A stretch of DNA of 63,818 nucleotides, taken from assembly GCA_013239625.1 (NCBI GenBank), contig MU056765.1, positions 1,938,485-2,002,302 of the forward strand. Reading direction: 5' to 3'. The notes under the pieces are model-generated. The model ran no database searches, was not told where the DNA came from, and worked only from the letters and a program-made list of their open reading frames with translations. A program made the position numbers and the translations under genes. Shown here one piece after another: positions 49,901-59,312 of the stretch (position 1 is the first letter of the stretch; every line of letters begins with the position of its first letter). The DNA comes from Lama guanicoe. Taxonomy: Eukaryota.

Positions 49901-52877
49901 CCCATGGCACCTGCACCATTTTTAGCATTCCCACCGGCAGTGTCTGAGTGCCGGTCATTCCATATCCTTGCCAACGCTTTGATTCTCGAGTCTGAATTAT
50001 GCTTTCATTGTTTGGGAGATGATATTGGAAGGGGAGATGAAGACTCCTTGATCAGATTTACGATTTTCCTGAAGAGGTTAACAACAGCAGTAGGTCTGGA
50101 GATGTGTTTGTTATTGTTTGTAATAGACTCTATGGTGGCTTTTTTTTTTTCAATGCTTACTTTTGTCGTCATTTGCTTCTTCTAATCCCCCCCCATCACC
50201 CAAGGTTCCGAGTGGCTGCCCGAGGCATGGCTGCCTTCCTTTCAGTTCAGGCTCCTGCCGAGGATCAGATCCGTTTGAAGCCTGGCTCTGAATTACATCT
50301 GACCCTGAAAGCTCAGCAGGTCAGTGAAAAGCTTTACGGGTTAGAAGTTTTCCCCCAGGCCTTCCCAGGACCGGGCAGGTGGCAGCTGTGGTCCTTACAC
50401 GTGACGGTGCGGGGACCTGCAGTGGCACAGCGTGCCCTCTGGTGGGCTCTCCCTCCTGGAGCACAGGTACCACCTGTGCCTGCCGCAGACCTGAAGCCAG
50501 GTTTTGTAGGCACGTGCCTCCAGCACTGTTACCCCCACTTTAGAAGAAGCTTGGCCTTGGGTAAGCCAGTCTTGGATCGGCTTTGTTTCTGATGACGTGA
50601 CTGGGCTGACCTGCCACCTGCTAGGGCTGGGGACCAGCACAGCCATGACTGCACCTGAGACACATGGAGGTCAGCTGAGCTGTGACTGGGAACCGAGGAA
50701 GTGGTTCCCGTTCTGTGCGCCTGGAGGCCGACCGCTGTGGGCTGATGTTGGACTAGCTTGATGTGGGCAGAATGGTAGCTGTGAGAAATTATAGTTTGTT
50801 CTAGAAACGTGGAGGGCCACACGGCGTGGTCCCATTCACGGAACTGTTTCCACCAGTAAACAGGCTGGCATTCTTGACTGCTTCCTACTGCCAGGCACTG
50901 CTGTAAGGTTTTTATTTTATTTTATTTTATTTTGGTATAGTCAGTTCACAATGTTGTAAGTTTTAATTCACTTAATGCTAGTGAATGAAAGTTCTAACAG
51001 CCCTCTAACAGAGGAACTTTCATTATCCTGGTTTCGTGGGTGAGGAAATGGAGACAGACAGCTGAGTAACTGGTCTCAGATGACACAGCCACTAAGTTCT
51101 GGGGCTGGAGTCCACACGGCTGGTCTGGGGCCGGGCTCCACACTCCCGCCACTCCGCATTGCTGCCTCTGTCCCAGGCATTACGAGCAAAGATCAAGCGA
51201 AGCACTCAGCAGGGTCTTCACAGGCGTCTTGGTTTATACCGTACCCGGTACTTGTCATGGGCGGATTAGACACCTCCATTTGACTCCCTAATGTCGTATG
51301 TGAGCCGTCATCGGCGGGCAGGTGAGCGTCCCATGAAGTCCGTGCCGTGCACTTGAGGCCATATTGGAGAGGCCTGCTCTCGCGCACCCACTGGCACCTG
51401 GAGCGTGGCTGCGCTTTCGCTGCGGCTGGCAGGGCGCCCAGGCCTTGCCTGGCTTTGCCGGCGTCCCTCAGACTGGAAGTGATGACTCCCCCACGTACCC
51501 CTCCGCACTTGTCATCAGGAGTTTAAACTTGAAAGAAGTCGTCTTTTTATAAAAGGACTACTCTTAGGCAAACTGTCAAAGTAGACCATTCTTTCTAAGA
51601 AAAGAAGGACAAGAGAGCGATGTGGACACTGCGGTTCACGGGAGTGCCCGTCCTCACTGGTTCTTGTTCTTAGATGAACTCTGTTCACACAGCAGTTAGC
51701 TTGGTGCCAGCATCCCCTCAGTTGTTTATTTTCAGCCCCCAAACTTCTGTCTTAAACCCCCTGGTAATTTATTTTTAAGCTGCCAGTTCATTTGCTATCC
51801 TCAGAAAAATCTCCCTCCTTATTTACTGAGCCAAGCAAATTCCGTGTGTTAATCTGTAGCCTCTAGTGCAGTGGTCCCCGTAAATGAGAGGAGAAGGTGG
51901 GGGGCACTGCACGATTCACACTCAGAATCCTGGGGGCGGGTGAGCCTGGACAGCTGGAAGCAAAACCCCCCACCCCCAAGAACCATTGTTTGTTTTCTCC
52001 AAATACAGTCTTTTCTTCTTTTCTTCTCTCACTGTGAAGGGAAGGAAAAATGAAAACTGTGGAACTAAAGAATGTTTTCCTTTCTTTCCTCCCGAAGAGC
52101 ATGGGAGCATCTCTGTCGCTCCTGTTGGGCAGAAGCCCGAGGAACCTGGTCTGTGCCCTGTGTTTGTTGGCTGCTAGATCGACCTTATCACTTACCCTCA
52201 GCAGCACTTAGCCACCGGGTTCTTCTGAATTTCACCTAGCTACACGATTTAGTACATTATTTTGTAGCCTGAGGACAAACCCACCATTAGATTAAACAGG
52301 TTCCCCCGGTGGCCGAGGCCCGTGATTTCCGGTGGCAGCTCCGGGAGGAGAGGCTGTGGGCGATCTGGTGGGGAGGGCGCCACTGCGGGCCCGGGGCGGG
52401 GGAGGCAGGCGAGCAGGAGGACCAGCCTGCTCCGCGGGGAAGGCTGGGGAAGCAGCGCAGGCCAGGAGGAGGGAAGGCTTGGATGTAGCAGGTGGCAAAA
52501 GCCAGAGAAGTCTCGGCTGCTGGCCTCCTTCTGTGGTTGATCAGAGCCTGCCTTTGGGACTTCTGATTCCTGTCCTGTCGGCCTCCCAGGAGGCTCACAG
52601 CCGTAGCAGGTGGCAGGTGCAGGTGTGCTGCACCCGCGGGAGTCAGGGAGGACGCATCCGTGTGGTTGACCCTCTTGTCTTCCGTGTCTTCTAGGCTCTG
52701 AGTGCCCTGGAATCCTTGCCATCGAGTAGGCAGTACGCTGAATACCAGGACCAGATATCGCGAGCCGTGCAGTTCATAAAGCATCCTGGTCATTGCCTGC
52801 AAGACGGGAGGAGCTTCCTGGCTCTTCTTGTGAACTGTCTTTACCCAGAAGTGCATTATTTGGACAACATACGGTAG
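1393..52877 (+). CDS. EPG5: EPG5 (ectopic P-granules 5 autophagy tethering factor), spliced 3' half of CDS; 24 exons in this span, gene 5' part lies upstream of the window
   Basis: Joined exons translate [22 protein letters not shown]...[12 protein letters not shown], matching the recalled human EPG5 C-terminal half. All visible junctions are GT-AG with compatible phases. Confidence 0.97.
2381..2547 (+). CDS. EPG5: EPG5 coding exon ([22 protein letters not shown]...GPQYG), 167 nt
   Basis: ttttgtag|aaa...tacgg|gtatgg; phase 0/2. Confidence 0.95.
3388..3609 (+). CDS. EPG5: EPG5 coding exon ([17 protein letters not shown]...ELVR), 222 nt
   Basis: ttttaag|gtta...gtgag|gttggc; phase 2/2; within ORF 3374-3661. 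Confidence 0.95.
5392..5515 (+). CDS. EPG5: EPG5 coding exon ([17 protein letters not shown]...QNQQ), 124 nt
   Basis: cttttag|gctc...cag|gtaaaa; phase 2/0. Confidence 0.95.
6111..6148. repeat. (GT)19 microsatellite
   Basis: Seen directly; other (TG)n at about 7876-7901 and 30146-30160. Confidence 0.95.
6400..6826 (-). mobile_element. Probable ERV solo LTR
   Basis: TG...CA ends, near-TSD tctt, LTR-like motif (ctttgttgcttggccaggcaaaggg) resembling the 9.7-kb LTR. Confidence 0.55.
8115..8259 (+). CDS. EPG5: EPG5 coding exon ([12 protein letters not shown]...FTDPLL), 145 nt
   Basis: ttctag|gac...ttgg|gtgagt; phase 0/1. Confidence 0.95.
8410..8765. mobile_element. MaLR (MLT1-like) LTR remnant
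   Basis: gtcacttagggttagattatgctgtg...ggcttaaa...atttgtttt motif; approximate. Confidence 0.5.
9254..9438 (+). mobile_element. tRNA-derived SINE (Vic-1-like)
   Basis: tRNA-like head, A-rich tail, perfect 16-bp TSD taaattactgaatatg (9238-9253 / 9439-9454). Confidence 0.92.
9665..10502 (-). mobile_element. ERV1-type solo LTR (838 bp) inserted in a MIR
   Basis: TG...CA termini, 4-bp TSD AAGG (9661-9664 / 10503-10506), minus-strand AATAAA (tttatt 9778-9783), MIR-like sequence on the 5' flank. Confidence 0.8.
12770..12941 (+). CDS. EPG5: EPG5 coding exon ([13 protein letters not shown]...LQQQAR), 172 nt
   Basis: ttttcag|cta...ccag|gtaaga; phase 1/2. Confidence 0.95.
14045..14207 (+). CDS. EPG5: EPG5 coding exon ([13 protein letters not shown]...VVTVQ), 163 nt
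   Basis: tttccag|aac...cag|gtgagg; phase 2/0. Confidence 0.95.
14790..15010 (-). mobile_element. MIR (other MIR remnants near 100-470, 9540-9660, 18820-19010, 24430-24600, 42000-42120, 50990-51130)
   Basis: MIR core ttccagatgaggaaatagagg...agaggttaagt...cccaaggt. Confidence 0.7.
17040..18290 (-). mobile_element. L2 LINE remnant
   Basis: Pyrimidine-rich degenerate L2 motifs (atgtcccataggtccctcaaa, aaacacaaatctgatcaca); approximate. Confidence 0.55.
22255..22543 (-). mobile_element. LINE-1 3'UTR fragment
   Basis: Similar to the L1 3' ends at 28.7, 43.1 and 59.1 kb; TSD-like taaatatat. Confidence 0.85.
22624..22766 (+). CDS. EPG5: EPG5 coding exon ([15 protein letters not shown]...AENLIT), 143 nt
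   Basis: ttgttag|ttt...cac|gtaagt; phase 0/2. Confidence 0.95.
22864..23071. mobile_element. hAT-Charlie MITE (MER58-like)
   Basis: TIRs cagggatcagca / tgctgacccttg; internal aataaagttttattggaac motif; degenerate 8-bp TSD aattagta/agttagga. Confidence 0.75.
23993..24149 (+). CDS. EPG5: EPG5 coding exon ([13 protein letters not shown]...IEILGQ), 157 nt
   Basis: cccacag|ggc...cag|gtaagt; phase 2/0. Confidence 0.95.
24860..25890 (-). mobile_element. Ancient L1M fragment
   Basis: Degenerate L1 motifs (ggataatttcctggaagt...ctgggtcaaaggg); approximate. Confidence 0.55.
26346..26540 (+). CDS. EPG5: EPG5 coding exon ([14 protein letters not shown]...FMLLTK), 195 nt
   Basis: ttgcaag|gtg...aag|gtgaga; phase 0/0. 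Confidence 0.95.
27749..27794 (+). CDS. EPG5: EPG5 coding exon, visible 3' part only ([15 protein letters not shown]); 5' part hidden in N-run 27553-27748 (estimated start about 27581)
   Basis: Translation matches EPG5; donor caaa|gtaagt, phase 1. About 56 codons of the recalled human protein are missing and would fit in the 196-N run. Confidence 0.88.
28734..28919 (-). mobile_element. LINE-1 3'UTR fragment
   Basis: agtcagtttacaatgttgtg motif; TSD tgtataattttt (28722-28733 / 28920-28931). Confidence 0.85.
29965..30113 (+). CDS. EPG5: EPG5 coding exon ([20 protein letters not shown]...LSDKQ), 149 nt
   Basis: gggaag|gct...cag|gtgtgt; phase 1/0; branch point ctgAc at 29935. Confidence 0.93.
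30659..30860 (+). CDS. EPG5: EPG5 coding exon ([12 protein letters not shown]...ASSKT), 202 nt
   Basis: tttccag|gtg...acag|gtatgg; phase 0/1. Confidence 0.95.
31372..32318 (-). mobile_element. 5'-truncated LINE-1
   Basis: ORF2 peptides [15 protein letters not shown] and MFTAAL; 16-bp TSD gatgggcttgtttctt (31356-31371) / gatgggtttatttctt (32319-32334). Confidence 0.92.
32362..32434 (+). CDS. EPG5: EPG5 coding exon ([25 protein letters not shown]), 73 nt
   Basis: tatcag|tgc...aaag|gtacac; phase 1/2. Confidence 0.93.
33803..33906 (+). CDS. EPG5: EPG5 coding exon ([11 protein letters not shown]...LHERFQ), 104 nt
   Basis: tttaaag|cgg...caag|gtacga; phase 2/1. Confidence 0.93.
35572..35760 (-). 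mobile_element. LTR fragment, adjacent to a MLT-like remnant (about 35436-35570)
   Basis: tgttactgaaa... terminus, then tttatt poly(A) signal on the minus strand; boundaries approximate. Confidence 0.45.
37196..37371 (+). CDS. EPG5: EPG5 coding exon ([15 protein letters not shown]...MEAFFK), 176 nt
   Basis: attttag|ata...aaa|gtaagc; phase 1/0. Confidence 0.95.
39004..39246. mobile_element. hAT-Charlie MITE (MER5A-like)
   Basis: ggtctcaaagtgtg...ccagcagcat...cacctgggaacttgtta...ggttctgatgcacgctcagctttgggaaccactg. Confidence 0.75.
39606..39791 (+). CDS. EPG5: EPG5 coding exon ([14 protein letters not shown]...LVDQT), 186 nt
   Basis: ctttcag|gtg...act|gtaagt; phase 0/0. Confidence 0.95.
40280..40489 (+). 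CDS. EPG5: EPG5 coding exon ([18 protein letters not shown]...SQKHH), 210 nt
   Basis: tttttag|gat...cac|gtaagc; phase 0/0. Confidence 0.95.
41187..41204. repeat. (TTG)6 microsatellite in a 3' splice site
   Basis: ccttc(ttg)6tcag|gat. Confidence 0.95.
41209..41353 (+). CDS. EPG5: EPG5 coding exon ([17 protein letters not shown]...VFNPP), 145 nt
   Basis: ttgtcag|gat...cta|gtaagt; phase 0/1. Confidence 0.95.
43065..45412 (-). mobile_element. 5'-truncated LINE-1 (3'UTR plus disrupted ORF2 C-terminal part), three internal N-runs
   Basis: Minus-strand ORF2 peptides [47 protein letters not shown]; poly-T at left end. Confidence 0.93.
45670..45770 (+). mobile_element. tRNA-derived SINE (Vic-1-like), diverged
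   Basis: gctcagtggtagag...gtcctgggttc...cccagtacctcca plus A-rich tail. Confidence 0.85.
46065..46307 (+). CDS. EPG5: EPG5 coding exon ([15 protein letters not shown]...TAYFKE), 243 nt
   Basis: ccttcag|atg...gagg|gtaaga; phase 1/1. Confidence 0.95.
47584..47800 (+). CDS. EPG5: EPG5 coding exon ([19 protein letters not shown]...EQVYP), 217 nt
   Basis: ttcttag|gct...ccgag|gtgcgc; phase 1/2. Confidence 0.95.
48302..48517 (+). CDS. EPG5: EPG5 coding exon ([16 protein letters not shown]...KSPLSNR), 216 nt
   Basis: gggcag|ctc...acag|gtaagg; phase 2/2. Confidence 0.94.
48669..48793 (-). mobile_element. tRNA-derived SINE (Vic-1-like), antisense
   Basis: Reverse complement reads tagctcaagtggtagagcgcatgc...gggttcaatccccggtacctcc; degenerate TSD tgcaYcttt. 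Confidence 0.88.
49320..49985 (-). mobile_element. Older LINE-1 (L1M-type) 3' fragment
   Basis: Typical L1M 3' motifs (catataaatggaatcatataatatgtgg, tattccattgtatggat); boundaries approximate. Confidence 0.75.
50205..50319 (+). CDS. EPG5: EPG5 coding exon ([15 protein letters not shown]...KAQQ), 115 nt
   Basis: cccaag|gtt...cag|gtcagt; phase 2/0. Confidence 0.94.
52695..52877 (+). CDS. EPG5: EPG5 last coding exon (ALSALESL...[12 protein letters not shown]), stop TAG followed by TAA
   Basis: cttctag|gct; 60 codons + TAG; matches the recalled human C-terminus. Confidence 0.96.
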   Translation, partial: ALSALESLPSSRQYAEYQDQISRAVQFIKHPGHCLQDGRSFLALLVNCLYPEVHYLDNIR

Positions 52878-54700
52878 TAACCCTGAGGCTCTTGATAAAC
52901 CTGCCGCTGTTGTCTTTACATTTACCTTTGCTGTGGCCCAGGTAGCTTTGCTCAGCTTCACTGCAGTCTGGCCAGTGAGTTAGTTGCCCAGGATGCAAGT
53001 TGGTAGGCACTAGATGATTCTGTTGTGCACGTACACATGTGAATATGTGTGTTTCCTCAACTCTTAACAACGCGCTAGGGACTTCATAGTTTTTGTATTC
53101 ATTCAACAGGAGAAACTCACTAAGTTCTACTTGGGTAGAAAGCCACTCACAGTTGCCAGACATCCCGGTCATCTCATGAGACCCAGGGATGGGGTTCTGT
53201 ACGTCTGCACTTCTGTCTTCTCTGTTTTATTTAAATGTCAGGACTCCTGTGCCAGATCTAACTACTTTGGGATCACGTCGAACCCTCACTTCTGAACCCC
53301 ATCTGTGTTCCTTCAAAGTGAAAAAGCTTTGAAAAGTTCTGCACTTCTCAACTGTGGGGAAATAACACCAACTTAAAAGTACTGTATTATTTCTCTCAGA
53401 CGGGAGATAAGACGGCTGAGTTAAAGTGAGTCTTGTCAGAAATGTGACCGTTTGATCCTGACTACAGTGGACAGGGGAGGTGGTGACAAGTCCATTTCCA
53501 TCCAGCTGTGTCCTCATGGAGAAGGAGCTGTCTGCCTAAATCGGGGGTGCGGGCTGGCGGTCTGTGGGGGGCCTGCCCTGCAGAGGCGTGTTTTGTTTGG
53601 TCCCCGGGGGTGAGAGTGTAGACAAGGGCTTGCTCTCTCCAGTCCTCTGTAGACCTACGTTCCCTTTGGTTCTACCCTAGCCGGTTCCTTCGTTCACATC
53701 ACTTGCTTGGCCCCTGCAGACACCTAAATTTGCAGCTCTTCCCAGACACCAAGCGTGACATCTGAAGGTCCTACTGTTAAGAGAGACAGAGACCGAGAAC
53801 TTGACTCTGTTCCCTGTGTGTTTCTTCACTCCCTATTTAAACTCAAATGAACCCAGCAAATCCACCGAAACACTGATCCTGGGAACTGGCCCAGCTCAGG
53901 AGACTTAACTGAAATTTGGCTTTTTTCAAATCGCCACGTGCCTTCTGTTGTTGTTAACAGTTTGCTCATTACCAAAGCCTGTCTGTGACGTTGCCTTGTT
54001 TTGCTGCCATCTTCTGGATCTTGTCATTTCCCCCAGGAGTTAGCAATTTGACTTCTGTCATCATATTCACAATTCTGTTGGTTCAAAATTGATTTCGTTG
54101 TCCAACCTGCATAAAATGTCTTTTGTTTGTGGGTTAGCTATCACCCGAAGAGACTTACCTAAAAATGTCCTAGCAGTCACTGAGAGCTTTTAGCCAGGGG
54201 AAGAGGGCTGTAGGTGACCATCTCTTTTCAAATATCATTTTCGAGTGCTTCCCTGAACATTTGGGAATGTGTAGGAGTTGTTCTTTTTTTGAACCTCATT
54301 TCTTGGACGGAACCGTCCTGCCCCACAGACGTGCTCCGGTAAAGATCATCCCTGTTGGCCTCCAAGTTCTGTGGCCGCCAGGTGTCCATCTCCGAGGGAG
54401 GCGTCCCCGAGCTTTCCTTGTTTTTGCGTCTCTCCGTTTTCAAAATCAGTCATCTTCCCTGTGCTGTGTCTAAGAATGTTCTAGAAGCTGTGGACAGTTC
54501 CACGGCTGACTTGGTAACAAAGATTTCACGCCAGGAAGTATTTCATGTGCTGTTTCCTTTGAGGAGGGTGTAATTGCTGATACCCTAGAATGTGAACCTT
54601 TGGAGTGATGGTATGTACATTTAAAGAAAATTATGTTTAATCTCTTAATTTTTGAAGGTTTATAATATTTATAATGTATTTGCCCTGTAAAAACTATAAA

Positions 54701-54710
54701 AATAAATAAA
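54701..54710 (+). terminator. Proximal EPG5 poly(A) signal (overlapping AATAAA hexamers)
   Basis: aataaataaa in AT-rich context with upstream TGTA motifs and downstream T/GT-rich ctttggttgt. Confidence 0.65.
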
Positions 54711-57192
54711 TCAATCTTTGGTTGTAGCTGTAAGAATCTGATTTTTAGGGCTATCACACGATCTTGTGAAGTATTTCAGTTGTTAAAATTGATGCAGATT
54801 TTCATGTCTGATGTTATCCATTTTTTTTGATACTGTGAGAGACGGTTTTTAAAAATGCTTCCTCTTCATGCTTAACAGTGGAAGGCTTACAGTGTAGGTT
54901 CCTCTGAGGGACTCGAGGCTACGAAATTGTAAGGACACTGAGATAGTTCAGAAGGTGGAAACACTGCTGTAGCCTCCTGGAAGAGAACAGGCCAGTCTGC
55001 CCACTGGCTTTCAGGAATAATGAGCCTTTGCTGGCAAGATAGTCTCCCCGAGAGCGCACAGGACCAGTTTCAGAGACGGTTACCAATGCTGCGCGCAGAT
55101 ACCTGGATCAGGACAAGACCGAGGCGCCCTGGTGCCCGAGCCGCATTGAATGTGGACCAGCAAGGGCTCTCCCCGCACGTGGCCGGCAGTGGCATCCGGT
55201 TCGGATGGGGATGCCCGGCCGCTTCCTGGGCTTGATGAGAAACACTTCTGCTCCTCCACTCGCCTTTCTGCTCTGCACAAAGGATGGGTCAGAGATGCAT
55301 ACTTGGCGCCCGGTCTCCTGGCTCCACCGCCTGACTCCGCAACAAGCTGGAGGCACAGCCGCCAGGGGAGGGAGGTCCTGTGCCGTGTCTGCTCGGCCTG
55401 GCGGAGGAGCCAGGACCCTCCCTGCGTTTCTCCGATCTTGTTTCATAGTTTCACAGTTTGTTGGCTCAGTCACATCTGCCTCCCTGGAGTTGCCTGAGTC
55501 TCCCAGCTCTTTGAGCCAGAAAATGAAAACCCCCAGAGCAGCCCAACCTCCCTTTACCCGAGTGCCAACCCTCTTCCTCCCCGTCAGTCACCACAATCCG
55601 TGGGCCCATGTTGTACAAGTTAGAGCGTCCACGCCCTTTCTTCCTTCTGAGTGAAGGTGATACGCAGTTTTCTGTTGGATTTTTACTCCTAAAATTGATG
55701 ATTTCTTCTGGAGCAGGAAGCAGATGTCATAGAGTCATGACGGCTGGTGTCAGCAGGGGCGTTAGGGCTCGTCCAGCCCCACCTCTCACTCGGCAGGGAT
55801 CCCAGCCCTGATCCTCCAGCCTCTTCTCTGCCCTTTCCTGTAGCCGGTGGTCCTGCCCTCGGGGACAAGCCCCAGCGTAGTCCTGCTCTGTGCAGAGCTG
55901 AAACTGGCCTCCTGGTGCCACTGATCTGGCTCTGCGGGAGCAGGCTGGGCCGGGGCTGCTGTCTCACCTGCTCACGACAGACCTTCAGACCTTCGGACAT
56001 TTTCATACCTCATCACACCCGACCCTGTCCGTCTGCCGCCCCCCTTCTCTTCAGGCCAAATGCCTTGTCCCTTTAGTTAGTCCTCTTCCCCTACAAGGTC
56101 TGACAGGGCTGCACTTTGGGACAGCTGCCCAAACTTGCCCATGTTAGCAATAAGAGCCACGTCCGGGACAGCAGGGCCAGGGCGCAGGTGAAACCAACAA
56201 GGCACCCGGGGCACACGTGTAAGGTGGCACTCGCCTTAGTCCCGGGCCCTCAGCCCGGTCTCTGCCTTGGGGGTTGGCCACACTATTGGGGGTCAAGCAG
56301 CAGAGTCCGCCCCCACGGACACGTGGTCAGCGTCGGCTCTGAGCAGCTGCGCCCTCCCACTGAATGGCACATCGAATTGGTGGTGAGTTCTGACTCCAGA
56401 CTTCGGTTTACCATCCGTTGCTGCCAAAGACTGGTCTCTTCACCTGCCCGCGTGAGAGGTCTGACATTAAGGCCCTTTGCACTTACCCTTTAAAACTATC
56501 TGCTTCATGTTGGACCAACTTTATAGCTTATTTTGAGCTGGTAGCTGACAATCTTTCTGCTCAGTTAACTTTGTCTTATTCAGCAAAAATGAAGTAATAA
56601 GCATGTTGCTTTAAAAAAAAAAAAGTTGTCCCCTCCTGTGATCTTCCCTTTGCCTCTGGGTCGTTCTGGATAAAGGTCTTGGTTTCCCACCAGGTGCTAA
56701 TACTGACCTTGTTCTGGTCCACGATGGTCCTTTCACGTTACAGCGACATGTGTCCTGTAGAAGTTGAAGTTGAAATTTCCTTCTGTCTGAATAGATTCTT
56801 GATTTCTGATGACAATCACTTGGCAAAAATAAAATTAAACTACTGACTCGATTTTGGGCTTATGAAACTACTAAGGAATGTTGCTCATTATAACTTATTT
56901 TTTAAATGTACAGATGTGATATCTTCTGAGAACTGAGGGTTAGGATTTATTTTTCTTTCAGTGGCTTCAATCATTCACGTGGCAGCAGATACTTCTTAAG
57001 TGTGTTCAACTCTTTTTTTCCTTTCCACGTGCCTAGTGTGACCTTTAAAAACCACAACTTATTTTGGTCATTAAATGTGCAATATTCACTTCTTATTCAC
57101 TGTTGGTGTTTTACATGTTTGTGCAAAGGACGGGTTTTTATATAACAATGAGACATAGGAAGGAATGCGAATTGGTTAAGTAAAATTCTGCA

Positions 57193-57292
57193 AATAAACT
57201 ACTATATTGGAATGTAATTTACACGTGGCAGACGTCTCGTGTTTGGCAAGTTGGTTGGCAGGTCTTTTCATCCAGAAATCACACAAATTAAA
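57193..57292 (+). terminator. Distal EPG5 poly(A) signal(s): AATAAA 57193-57198, ATTAAA 57287-57292
   Basis: End of an AT-rich 3'UTR-like block (about 56500-57320) before composition shifts to GC-rich. Confidence 0.55.
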
Positions 57293-59111
57293 AATGTGAA
57301 ATTAGAAAGCTTGTGATGGGTAGAACCTATATTCTGTGACATTTCACTACAATGGGTGAGGCCTCTAGTTTCAAAGGGAACTTAAAACTTGGGAGTTTAA
57401 GAATTGGTGTAGACACGGGGGCACCTGGCGATCGCAGCGAGTTCAGGAGAGCGCTGAGGTCTGGAACGTGGTTGTGGTCCTGGTAGGAGGAGACGCGTGA
57501 AGCTATACAAAAAGGCTCCCAGCAGCTGAGTTCCTGGGTGGGGTTGGGTGCGCCTCTGGGAGGGCAGCCAAACTGCCAGGGTGGGCAGTGCAACCCAAGC
57601 CAGCTCGGGGTCTGCTCCAGAACCCACTTCGCGCTGGGATGCCAGGCAATTCTTCCTCAGAGGGCATTTTCATCACCATCAGTAAGACACACCTTGAATG
57701 GGCCAGAGTATGGTGGGGAGGGGCTGCACATTTGATCTGGGAACATCAATATAGGATTTCCCCCTATAGGATAATGTATACAGCAGGGCCCCCTCCACGT
57801 GGGGTGTGTCTCCCCCGCTGTTTCACCCTTGTCTGGGCTTTGCTTCCTTTTCCAGGCAGAACCACTGGATTTTGGAAAGTGGCCAAGAGGCAAGTTGTCC
57901 CACCTCCTTCCAGTGTAGAAATCAGGTTCCTTGTCTCTAGACTAAGGGGCTTCCTTCCTGGGAAACCCCCAGAGAAAGGCAGCGCAGAGGTGGTCCTTGT
58001 CACCGTGGGGCAACTGAGAATTAGACAAAGATCTTCATCTAAGGATGAGGGAGCCGAGAGCTTCCTCCAAAACCTACTTCTTTCCTGAAGACAGCCCTCC
58101 TTCTTGGTCATCCTTTGCTGGCCTAAACTGTTTTAGGAAACAGACCCATATTCCTGATCTATTGGTCAGAGGCACCACTGTGGCCTCTCTCCTGGACACC
58201 ATATATTTTAATATAGGAAAAATCTGTGGTTTGGACCAGATTCATCTTGAAATCTCTCAGCCTTCCCTGGATGACCTGCTTCCTGCCGCATCCTCCTTAA
58301 TCAATCTTTCCTAAGGCCCTTCCCTCTCCCCTCCCTCCCTGCTCTTGCCCCCCACCCCCGTCTTTCTGCTTCTCGGCCTGAGTTCACAGCGAGTTCACAG
58401 CGGATGGACGTATGGAGGTGGGTGTCCCCACAGGGGCTCTCCTGGGGTCACTGCCACAGAGGACCTGGGGACAGACTGTGGAAGGTGAAGTTCTGGGGGC
58501 CAAACCGGAAAACCAGAGAGTTCCAATCCCAAGTAATTCTATATCCTGGTCTTGGCAGACCATGTTTTCTCCCTTTAGTTCATAAAAGATGACAAAGAGG
58601 AAGGGGCCCAGGAGAGGAGGGAAGAACCCGGGGAGGAGCAGGAGGGGTGTGGAAGGAGCTGGGACCAGAGCTGCTCCGTCACAAACCCGGGTGACCTGCA
58701 TCTCTCCTCCTGGAGGCTTGTACCTCATTTCAGAACGAGGACCAGTGCAGCCTTGCCTGTCCCCTGGGCTTTTAGTGAGGACTGCCCGAGATCACAGAGG
58801 GGAAGGAGCCCTGAGGATCACAGGGGCCCCAGACAATGAGGGGCTGTTCGTGTGGAGGGGGGGCCAGGCTAAAGGGGGGACAAAGCCCAGGCCCCCAACT
58901 CGTGGCCTCTAAGGTCCTTCTGGCTTGAAGGCCCTGTGACTGGCCGAGCCCCTGCTCTCCCCTGGCTCTCCCGTTCAGTCTGGCGAGGGGACGGGTTAAA
59001 ACAGCCCCACTGGGTGTCACCTCTGTCCAACGCAGGCCTGCCTTCATCATTGATTAACGCTGGGATGGTGACTTCTCATGGGGCCACATCGCAGTTTAAA
59101 ATGTATTTATT

Positions 59112-59312
59112 TACCATTTTTTAAATTGAAGTACAGTTTACAATGTTGTATCAGTTTCTGGTGAACAGCATAGTATTTCAGTCATACATATACATACACA
59201 TATTCCTTTTCATATTCTTTTTCATTATAGGTGACTACGAGATATTGAATATAGTTCCCCGTGCTATCCAGTAAAAACCCGTTGTTTATCCATGCCATAT
59301 ATAGTAATCTAG
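59112..59312 (-). mobile_element. LINE-1 3'UTR fragment
   Basis: Same family as the 22.3 and 43.1 kb copies (ttgaagtacagtttacaatgttgtatcagtttctgg...). Confidence 0.85.

Noticed and set aside
52287-52961. 224-aa antisense ORF across the last EPG5 exon
   Set aside because: Shadow of a coding exon plus a GC-rich intron; no recognisable homology.
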